Below, piece by piece: positions 53,828 through 64,000 of a stretch of 64,000 nucleotides of DNA (within the stretch, counting starts at the first letter, position 1; each line of letters starts with the position of its first letter). The stretch spans positions 326,120,001 to 326,184,000 of the forward strand of contig OZ024742.1 in the NCBI GenBank assembly GCA_964016885.1, read 5' to 3'. The notes below the pieces were generated by a model. The model was not told where the DNA came from. It was given only the letters and a program-made list of their open reading frames with translations, and made no database searches. This DNA is from Eledone cirrhosa (taxonomy: Eukaryota). The position numbers were made by a program, and so were the translations under genes.

Positions 53828-56479
53828 TTAGCAGTATTAGTTGTAGATGTTATCGCCACTTTAGCAGGGTGGTAGAATCAGTGGTCGTTAGTTGCCAGTG
53901 TGGTAAGTGATAGTATCCTCGTTGGATTATCTTGTTGACATAGACGTGAGGGAAGGTCCCTCGATCTATTTACCATCTATTCACAATATTCCTTTCGTCA
54001 GGTCGCCAATTCCAGCAGCATGGATTAAAGATGTCATTGAGACACGAGTAACATAACGACTTCAACCGCAGTAATTAGAGATGAAATGTTTGTTTATTTA
54101 TATGGTTGAAGTTACAGATAAAAAGAGGTTACAAAAGGGAATATGCCATTGCGCCGTTAAGCCGGCGAGGCTAGGGGTGCAATATCTCACTGTTACATTA
54201 TGCGTGTTGCTGGCTTGAAGTTTCCGGTACAAGAGAGATTCTTCAAATCTTCGCGGTGAATTTCTTCCTCAGGGCGCGTAGGGATACATCCTCTTCTACT
54301 GGCGCTGATTGGCTGAACTCAGCCAAATCACGCACAGAGAATGTATGTGAGCCCGCGGAATGTAGGTCACTACATCACCTCCAACCAGATTTTCAGCCGA
54401 AAATCGATAACGAAGAAACCAAGGACTCACATATTAAATCAGCAAGAACAAATGCTGAAAGAGCACATCAGTGAAAAAAATAATTGAGCAGAAGGTTGCA
54501 TGCAAGAACAAAAAATGAGGCGCTACGGGCCGTGTTGAGCCGCTGTGTCAAATGACCAGTTGTTTTGTTGTTTATACGTGACCGCCAAAGGTCTAACAAA
54601 AAACGGATAAAGTCTGACATGGGCGAAGTTGCTGTTCTTGCATTAAATGTTAATGGTAAGCGTTGTACCAGTAGCTGTGAACGAAGCTATTATGGTAGTT
54701 TACCAGTGCTGGCGAGAAAATGATGGCCCCCAGATGTATTGTCGAATGTGCTGTGGAGCCAGGAAAAAATGGCTGGTTGCTTTGTAAAGAACAAAAGGCA
54801 AGTTTAATCTGTAGGTGGGTTGCAGTGTAAATTCCATAATTCGGGCGAATCCACAGAAGTGGCCGAAATGTTGACAAGTCCAGTTCAATTTGTTGCTTTC
54901 CCAGCGAGTCGGGCAAAAACAACAAGACGGATGGCCGTCATGGACGATCAGTGTGCAACGAGATGCGAAGCTGTTTGAGTTCAGCGGCAATTAGTATTCT
55001 CGTTATTGCGGTGACTGTTTAATCCAGTGGATTAAGCTCTGTGAGCTGCCAGCATCTCAACCCGGTGAAAAGGGACTCGCAGAATATTACGTTTGAAGAA
55101 CATATACCAAGAACAACATGTTGGTGTGTGATAAAAAAAATGTGTGCATATGCAGGCATGTAAAACAGCAAAGAATGTGAATGAACAAAAACCATGAGCA
55201 AGCAAATAGCAAAAGAGCACAAAACAAGTAAATGCATTCTACAAAGAAATATGTGAATGTAACAAACTGATAATTCAAAGTCAATCTAGGGGAGCAGAGA
55301 AATTACCCAATAAGTTCAAAGTTTTTCAAAGTCAAATAGTTCACACATCACTATCTGAAAACTGAAAAAGAAGTTTGTTAATGCCGTTAGGGGTTATATG
55401 TATGGTGTTTTTGTGAGATTTCGTGGCCATTTTACCGTCCCGCCACACGGTTGTGTTGCTTATTGTTAAAGCAAAGTCAAAGAATCTTCTGTAGAGTAGG
55501 AGTCACCAAATATGGCAGTCACGTCTGACGCCATAATGGTGAGAAAACTACTGTCTCAATTTCTCGCGTCCCTGTGGTAACGAGACAGAAGGTATGGTGG
55601 TTGCGTCGATAAAGTTACAAGCCGTTTTGAAATTTCCGATGTGTGGTGGTTGGCGTTGGTAAGGTTATGAAGCTGCCACTCACTGTTCCCTGTATTGGTC
55701 AGTGGTTAAACAACGCTGTCGCTGCTGCTGTTATTGTTGTTGTCAAGCGTAGCCATGACATGTCCGTAGCCATCTTGAAATTTTTTCGTGGCGAAAAAGT
55801 TTTTGAAATACTGCTAATTTTTCAAAAATCTTAAAAGGAATATTCTGGATTTTCGCAAGTTGCGACGTGGCAATAAAAGTTAAACTGAATGAATAAGAAG
55901 GGCTGCGTGACATTCTTACGTCGGTCACCACTTTAGCAGTATTAGTTGTAGATGTTATCGCCACTTTAGCAGGATGGTAGAATCAGTGGTCGTTAGTTGC
56001 CAGTGTGGTAAGTGATAGTATCCTCGTTGGATTATCTTGTTGACATAGACGTGAGGGAAGGTCCCTCGATCTATTTACCATCTATTCACAATATTCCTTT
56101 CATCAGGTCGCCAATTCCAGCAGCATGGATTAAAGATGTCATTGAGACACGAGTAACATAACGACTTCAACCGCAGTAATTAGAGATGAAATGTTTGTTT
56201 ATTTATATGGTTGAAGTTACAGATAAAAAGAGGTTACAAAAGGGAATGTGCCATTGCGCCGTTAAGCCGGCGAGGCTAGTGGTGCAATATCTCACTGTTA
56301 CATTATGCGTGTTGCTGGCTTGAAGTTTCCGGTACAAGAGAGATTCTTCAAATCTTCGCGGTGAATTTCTTCCTCAGGGCGCGTAGGGATACATCCTCTT
56401 CTACTGGCGCTGATTGGCTGAACTGAGCCAAATCACGCACAGAGAATGTATGTGAGCCCGCGGAATGTAGGTCACTACA
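53828..56479 (-). mobile_element. Non-autonomous LTR retroelement (547-bp LTRs at 53828-54374 and 55933-56479)
   Basis: LTRs differ at about 5 positions by eye; 5-bp TSD TGTCT; PBS-like TGGTGACCGACGT; no recognisable gag/pol. Confidence 0.88.
55918..55930 (-). promoter_or_regulatory. Primer-binding site resembling the tRNA-Trp complement
   Basis: TGGTGACCGACGT 2 nt after the 5' LTR, versus the tRNA-Trp PBS TGGTGACCCCGACGT (2-nt gap). Confidence 0.65.
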
Positions 56480-57019
56480 TGTCTGTAAATTAAAGGTGGA
56501 AAACTGGGAGAGGGCACTTGCCCTGGTGGTCAGGGTCACTGTGGCTTTTTAATGGGCTTTCTCCACGAATGTCCCTCGGAAGTCTCCCCCCTATTGGGGA
56601 AATTTTTCATTGTTCTATTATTACATCCTCTGTTTCTTGTTTTTTACACGCAGAAATGCCCATTTGTACTGTCCTGTATTGTCCTGTACTGTCCTTAATG
56701 TCTACTTTATGTAAAACCTTGTGGTTAATAAAGAAAGCATTATTCTTATCATTATTATTATTATTACTATTATTATTGAAACTTCCTTTTAATTCTGCTT
56801 CTTTCCCATATCATGCCGAGTGTCAATCTGACACCTAAGCTAAAATTTGGTTAAACACTTATTTAACGATTAACTAGAATACGAATTATACCATAAAGGC
56901 AGAAACAAAATAGTTGATATTTTTCCAATGTATTTAAATTTATAATGACCTTCTCAAGACATCGTGTGCCAGTCAGCACTACTTTCTTTATTTCTTACTG
57001 AAATGGCTTTTCGGTTATC

Positions 57020-57430
57020 TAGTCCAACAGTATCAGTGGAGGTTCGGACGCCATGCTTTCCAGCACAGTTACGTCCCTTTACGGTCTGAGTTCAAATCCC
57101 GTCGAGGTTAACTTTGCCTTCCATCCTTACGGGGTCGTTAAAATAAACAACCAGTAATGTACTGGGTAATTGCTGGCCTTGTGCCAAAAGTAGAAACAAT
57201 TATTATTATCATCAGGGTGATGGATTGGATAAATCTAGATAGTTGGATAACATCCTTTGCGGCATAGAGTTATGGCTCTTTATTTTCTGATTTCAAATGT
57301 CGTCGAGATTATATTTGCCTTTCATCCTTATGGAATCGATAAAATGAAATACCAGTAATGCACTAGGGTCGATTTAAACAATTTTCTCTTTCCCTTCAAA
57401 TTGCTTGCCTTGTACCAGACAATCAATTAT
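57020..57430 (+). mobile_element. Two tandem SINE copies (8848 family; second copy diverged)
   Basis: GAGTTCAAATCCC B-box and shared body. Confidence 0.75.
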
Positions 57431-59699
57431 TATCAATAACATCCTTGTACGTATGTTACGTAGTTGTAGCAAGAGACTATGAAAGAGAGAGAGAGGGGAG
57501 AGTTGAGGTCTGAATTGTGAATGTCTGATGGTTGTTCATTGGAGAGAAAATGGTAAGGGTTCGAGGAAGAAGAGAAGAGCAACTCATCTACTTTGCATTT
57601 GAAGGGAAAACTAACGTGACAGAGAGATAAGACGGTTAGTGGGAGGTAAAACGAGAGGAAACGCTATTTAAAGACATATAACCAAACGCACACACATATT
57701 CAAGTGATATACTGAGAACTGCTATTCTTGTTAAAGTGAGGACGATTAAGTATAGATGCTGGTTAATGGAAAGGGTGATGGTGGTTATGGCTGTGGTAAG
57801 GAAAAGAAAGAGAACTCTCTAATTACTTTTTATTGAACTAAAAATTATTTATATATTTTTTAAATCGTCAATTATATGACGCATGCTTATAGAGCAATTA
57901 TCGCCTGCTAGATTGAACATTGTCGTCTGCTAGATTGAACATTGTTACAAAGATCTCATATTAGTTTATTCAATGACAATTAACAAAGCATAGGGTCAAA
58001 AATAAGATTGGGATTTACTTGCTACAGACTATTTAGTTATCGGCAGTTATATGTTAATTATCTTAGACTAGGTAATTAACTGATAATTTGGTTAGGGAAG
58101 TCAATGACAATATGTAAAGAAAAGAAAGAGAAAATTCTATCACTAAAATCATTGTATGTCAATAAGTATTAAATTAATGGTATAGAATTACATAATTAAT
58201 GCTGTAATAACTGGAATGATGCAATGATGAAATAACAAATATGTCAAAGTCATTACTGTTTTCGTATACAACAATCATAGAATCTCCACGGAGTCATTAT
58301 TAATATTATTGTTTGTACTCTCAGCCTTTTGCTGTTGATTGTCTGCCGTTACTTTGCGTGTTACCAAGCTGCTTGCACATCTTTAGTTATATAACACCTT
58401 TCTTATGTGTTTTACTGGGCCACGCAAACAAGCTGCCTATAGAATCAAGAAATTCAACACTATATACAGCATCTCCAACCACTATTTTAAATCTCATGCC
58501 ACAGCCATTAAAGTATTCTTATTTAATAACAACCCTACAGCAATTTCAGTTTCTCTGAATTTCGTATTTTAGGAATTGCTATTTTTCTGTTTTCTCACGT
58601 TCTTTGTCTACTCTTCTCGTATCAAACACTTATATAATATCATGTAAACCTCATAACATCATACTATTCCTCCTTCGTTGAGTATAACAATATGTGGCTG
58701 TGAATATTCCATTTGGTTATGCGTCTGAATCTGCAAATTTTATGGCACCTTTACGGGTATTTTTGTTTTGTTTCTGTTTCCAGAAGACACGTTTCGCTTT
58801 AAATTCATATCAGTGTTCCCATGCTCAAATCTCATCATTTGCAAGCTTCATTTTCCTATTTTCTTTATTCACGCGAGCATTTGGGGCTATATATTATTTT
58901 ATTTTGTTTCCATGCCAGACCAGACCAAAAAAAGATCTGCCTTGTGACGCAGATCTACGATTTTAGGATAACCTACGTGCCTCAGGTTCCAGTTCATTTA
59001 TTCTCTTCCGTAACCATTAAGTATGATATGTAAACTATTTGGGGCCAATATTCCACCTTTCGCCTGGGGTATTACCAAATATAGAGGCATAATCATACAA
59101 CTGAGCTAAGAGATTGACTTGATTTAAAAGCCTAGATTTGATAGCTGGCCAGGGCTTGTTACCAGCTGTGCTGGACAGTAGATAGTTGCACTATTATAAA
59201 TCATATTGTCTTCTACATTTTCTTTGCTCTACTGAATATATATTGATTTGCCTTCACAATAGTTGGTTCATATTATTTTGTACAATGTTGGAAAACCGGA
59301 TACAGGTATATAATTCTTTACAATTGACATCTCATTGCTTTCGTTTCCTGTAACACTATATATGTATGTGATAAAAGAAGGACAAAGATTAGAGTTAGTA
59401 GACTAGCAGTGACATGCCTCGGCAAAACTGAAGCCAAATACAAACTATAAACGAACATTTTTGTTGACGGCTGTTTCTGTTGTTTATATCAGACTTAAAA
59501 ATCAAGGTAATTTTTAAATTTTATTTTGGAGGAAGGGGCCTAACGAGAATTACTTATATACATTGCAGAGGATTGTTCTGCTATTACCAATGGGTTTAAT
59601 GATTGCCGTGATTCTCAATAAATAATTGTATGTTGTACTGTGGGGTAATATATAGACTATTTCATACACATAAACAGACAGAAAGAAAGACACACACAT

Positions 59700-59731
<32 letters not shown>

Positions 59732-60199
59732 GCTCGTGAATATACCACAGGCGTTAATGAAACTGCATGTACATGCGCATTTGTGCATCTATATCATGTC
59801 AATATAATCGTAAAACAGTTAATCCATAGTAGTTACGTCTTCACACACACGCACGTATATGTATATATGTATGTATCTATATTTGTATAATGTAATTGTT
59901 ACCGTTTTCATTTAACATGATTATTACTATTATCCACGCATTTATTCTAAGTTATAGCAATAGAAATATGCCCAGTGCAATAATGTTAGATAGTGGCGTG
60001 ATAGTTTATCGTCTGGTAGTTGAATATCTATGAAATTATCTGTAATACCCATTGTTTATATTTATTTTCAAAATTCCTTTCGTTTACTCTAAGTATAACA
60101 ATTTAACAACTAAACATTCAGCTTATACATAAACATATTTTGTCTAAAATATTTTACAAAAAGAAGCTATAAAATGATGGGAATCTCCAAAAGATAAAA

Positions 60200-60720
60200 A
60201 CAAAATTAAGTAATGAAAAAAAGGAAGGAAAGGTTAAAAAAGCCAGATCTGATTGTATAGGAACGGACAATGAATGCTTTGAATGAGTGAAAGAGGTGGA
60301 AAAGAAAAAGTACTATTAGGCCACGGAGGAAAGAGAGAAGGATGGCGAGAGGGTAACAGGCACCATGCCTAGAGTGGGGCGGTGTTTCGGCTGCTCCCAG
60401 TGGATAATTTTGCAAAGGGATTCCGCGGACAAATACCAGCGACACACGCTGCGACAGCCACTCCAGCTAGTGAGGCTCCTGTATCAGGCGGGTTACTGAC
60501 GTTCCGATTTTACGGAGGAACTCGTATGTACGGTATTTACCTGTCTTCCTGTCCTCTGCATTGGTGTCTGCAGTACCGGGCCTTGTGGCCTAAATGACTG
60601 AGCTGGAGACGGACAACGTTTCACAGGTGGCGTTCCAGATGAGGGATTTACTCCCTTCGAATGGGAAAAAGGTAATTCCGTTGGGGCACTTGCCGTCTAC
60701 TGTCGTTGAGGCCTGCTAGC
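60200..60720 (-). pseudogene. Degenerate CRE-like non-LTR 3' end (restriction-like endonuclease)
   Basis: DGKCPNGIT...GSKSLIWNATC...AEDRKTGKY...FLRKIG...WLSQRVSLVFVRG parallels the DGKRPDG / WDATC / AExRKxxKY / LxQRxSxAxxRG pattern. Confidence 0.65.
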
Positions 60721-60947
60721 TAATTTGAAATGTTAGATTCTTCAGAATTTCATTGATGTAACATTTTGTTGTCGACAGGCACATGACAAACATATCATTC
60801 TTCTCCCATGTGAGGATCTATTCAATAGTTCTACCTCAGATATGTTTTTGTAGCTTACATATATGTGACATATATTCAAATTCTTCACCATTTACGTTAT
60901 AGCTTATGAATTTTTAATGATCTTAATTCCACCCACTTCACTTCCAG

Positions 60948-61079
60948 ATCATCATCATCGTCTTCTTCTTCTTCTTCTTCTTCTTCGTCTTCTTCTTCTT
61001 CTTCTTCTTCTTCTTCTTCTTCTTCTTCTTCTTCTTCTTCTTCTTCTTCTTCTTCTTCTTCTTCTTCTTCTTCTTCTTC
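60948..61079. repeat. (TCT)n microsatellite
   Basis: Direct reading. Confidence 0.95.
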
Positions 61080-61137
61080 CCTCATTCTCTCAATCCCAAA
61101 GAATTCTATAAACACATAACATGAGCAATCTATCTTG

Positions 61138-61173
<36 letters not shown>

Positions 61174-61208
61174 TGTGTGTGTGTGTGTGAGTATGTATGA
61201 GTATGTGC

Positions 61209-61284
<76 letters not shown>

Positions 61285-61472
61285 TTATATATATATAAAC
61301 ATACGTATTGAGTTGATGCGCCAAAGGTGGTGAAATTCTAAGACAAATTGTCTGTACATTAATAACATTATAGCTTTTGTTCTTGAAATTCTGTGCGTCG
61401 CTTCCTCCTATCCATTCTTTCTACTGCTTACAATTGTATAGCAATATTACTTAAGTATATAAATATATATAC

Positions 61473-61542
<70 letters not shown>

Positions 61543-61897
61543 GTATATATATATGTGTGTGTCTGTGTCTGTGTATGTATTCATATGTTTATATATATGT
61601 ATATATACATTCATAAATATATATATGCACTTATCTGATATCTCTCACTGTCTATTTATATATATATATGACAAATAGTTTTCGGGTGAATTCTGTTGAC
61701 ATCTCCTGACATTTCGACTGCTTACATTGACTGGATACGTGTCATGCGATCAGGGAATAAAAAAGTACGGATTGAGATTGGCAGACTTGAAGACAATCAG
61801 CCAGAATTGCAAACAATGAAGTCATTGAAAAAACAAGAACACAACGTATGAGGTTTCTATAATATACACGCAAGAGAATATGAATATATATATATAC

Positions 61898-61977
<80 letters not shown>

Positions 61978-61983
61978 GTTATT

Positions 61984-63293
61984 ACTCTTTGAGTCTCAGT
62001 CATTGATGTTAGTTGACTGGAAAGTTTGTTGAAATGAATATCAAGCCACTACCTGCAGCCTCAGATATTCAGGACGTATCGGAGGGTTCTTGCTGTTCCC
62101 AGCAAGCATGCCTTTTGAAGCGTTCCAAAAAGCGTGAAGGGGCCAATTTTCTTTAACCATCCCTGGAAACTTTTTGAGATAGCCCCTAGTGCGCCTATGA
62201 CAATCGGGATCACTTTGACTTCATGGCAGTTCCAAATCCTTGTTACCTCCCACTTTAAGTCTTGGTATCGGTTAATTTTCTCCCTCTCCTTCTCTTGCAC
62301 TCTCGTGTCGAATGGGCAGGCCACATCCACAATCAGGGACGATCTTTTTTCTTTGTCCACAACCACCAGGTCAGGTCTATTGTGTTCAAGTTTCTTGTCC
62401 GTCTGTATCCTAAAATCCCACAGCACCTTCACCTGATCGTTTTCTATCACCGCCTCTGGCTTATGCTCATACCACTTCTCAGAATGTGGTAAATTGTTTA
62501 CTTTGCATAGGTGCCAGTGGATCACCCTGCCCATCACATCATGTCTCCAGCCCTTATAATGAGTCCGGGCTAGGTGTTTACACTCCGATACAATGTGAGC
62601 CACGGTCTCCTCTCTCTCTCCACAGATCCTGCACAGTGGGTTAGCCTCCTCCTTGTAAATATGGTGTTTCAACGACTTCGTTTTGAGGGCCTGCTCCTGC
62701 GTAGCCATTAACATTCCTTCTGTAGCCTTTTTAAGGTCTCCTCTTTTCAACCAGTTCCATGTCTGTGGGTCTCTAAATTCAGTTTTCTCAAAGAGGGTAC
62801 TATGAAGGGATTTTTCCTGAAGGCTGCTCTTCCTCCTTGATGTTATTTCCTCCTTGGACATCCCCTGGCCTATTGTCTCCTCCTTCAGTACAGTTCTGAG
62901 CATTGGCTCCTTACTATCAGTCACGTATTTGTGTAGGTTGTTTTTCTCCATCTGAACACAGTCCTCTATGCTGATAAGACATCTTCCACCTTCAGATCTC
63001 CTTAAGTAGAGTCTATCGACATCACTCCTCTTCTGGAACATGTTGTAGATAGTCAATAGCTTCCTAGTCTTCCTATCCATTTCTTTTTGTTCAGCAACAT
63101 TCCATCTCAGAATTCCCGCACTGTACCTAATAATAGACACAGCTCGGGAATTTACTGCACTTATGGCATTCCTACTGTTCAGATGTGACTTTAATACGCT
63201 CCTTACTCTCCGAATGTATTCAGTTCTTATCAATTCCTTCATTTTTTTGTTCTTGATGTCATCAGCCTCCAGAACACCCAAATACTTGTATCC
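61984..63293 (-). mobile_element. 5'-truncated R4/Dong retrotransposon inserted in (TAA)n
   Basis: (TAA)n tracts at both ends (61898-61983, 63294-63350); the element starts at the YKYLG motif. Confidence 0.92.
62061..63293 (-). CDS. R4/Dong ORF C-terminus: RT thumb, CCHC finger, restriction-like endonuclease (uninterrupted but truncated)
   Basis: YKYLG, DRKTRK, RLYL, CRICG...ETVAHIVSEC, RHD, RPDLV, DVACP, KINRYQDL. Confidence 0.9.
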   Translation of the reverse strand, partial: GYKYLGVLEADDIKNKKMKELIRTEYIRRVRSVLKSHLNSRNAISAVNSRAVSIIRYSAGILRWNVAEQKEMDRKTRKLLTIYNMFQKRSDVDRLYLRRSEGGRCLISIEDCVQMEKNNLHKYVTDSKEPMLRTVLKEETIGQGMSKEEITSRRKSSLQEKSLHSTLFEKTEFRDPQTWNWLKRGDLKKATEGMLMATQEQALKTKSLKHHIYKEEANPLCRICGEREETVAHIVSECKHLARTHYKGWRHDVMGRVIHWHLCKVNNLPHSEKWYEHKPEAVIENDQVKVLWDFRIQTDKKLEHNRPDLVVVDKEKRSSLIVDVACPFDTRVQEKEREKINRYQDLKWEVTRIWNCHEVKVIPIVIGALGAISKSFQGWLKKIGPFTLFGTLQKACLLGTARTLRYVLNI

Positions 63294-63301
63294 TTATTAT
63301 A

Positions 63302-63355
<54 letters not shown>

Positions 63356-63417
63356 CTATATATGTTTGTTTATATATATATTAATACATATTTATATACA
63401 TATGTATAAATAAATAA

Positions 63418-63494
<77 letters not shown>

Positions 63495-64000
63495 CATACA
63501 TACATTCATTTGGAAAACGAAACAGTGCCTTAATACAAGAACACAATGTGTCAGGTTTTTGCAATATACACGCAAGTGTATGTTTGTTTATATATATATA
63601 TGCAAACATACATACACACATACAAACATACATATACACATACATACATACATACATACATACATACATACATACATACATACATACATACATACATACA
63701 TACATACATAAATACATACATACACACATACAAATATACATACTTACATACATACACATACATTTGGAAACCGAAACATTGCCTTCGCTTTCTTTTTTTT
63801 TTATAATTTTCGATGAAAAGATCCTGTTGATACATACGGAGAAATTGCTGGTACACACAGACAGTTAATTAAATAGATAGACAAAGCATTTCTGTCGAAA
63901 GTCCTGGGGCCAATTGGTACATTTTTAAATTGTAGAGCTCACAACGTATAGTAATTGGTAACAATCATTCAGAACTTGCCGGCAATCTGACAAGCAAACA

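Larger units (their letters stand above)
48340..56732 (+). mobile_element. Near full-length decayed L1/Tx1 LINE, interrupted at 53828-56479
   Basis: ORF1 and ORF2 remnants; the 3' UTR resumes at 56485 and ends CCTTGTGGTTAATAAA like the 41489 copy; 5' boundary approximate. Confidence 0.9.

Noticed and set aside
57430-60200. Possible host exons in the least repetitive stretch
   Set aside because: No ORF with recognisable protein features or convincing splice-bounded exon; needs RNA-seq.

Overview
Repeat-dominated, AT-rich eukaryotic DNA with no host gene I can support. The dense (TA)n/(CA)n microsatellites and tRNA-derived SINEs look cephalopod (octopus-like); that is an inference. Most listed ORFs are microsatellite artefacts. 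The real coding remnants are all retroelements: three Penelope-like elements (PLEs), L1/Tx1 copies, R4/Dong, RTE and CRE-like fragments. There are also two non-autonomous Helitrons, several MITE/fold-back elements, and a young non-coding LTR element with a tRNA-Trp-like primer-binding site nested in a Tx1 copy. The main signal is RNA-level: many minimal type I hammerhead ribozyme (HHR) motifs from several families. The best case is a non-coding 469-bp tandem array (34569-35902) with one HHR per monomer, a candidate retrozyme/circular-RNA generator. The other HHRs lie in PLE pseudo-LTRs (pLTRs) and in (TA)n-anchored fold-backs, and one has been split exactly by a Helitron insertion. All folds were read by eye; no searches were run.
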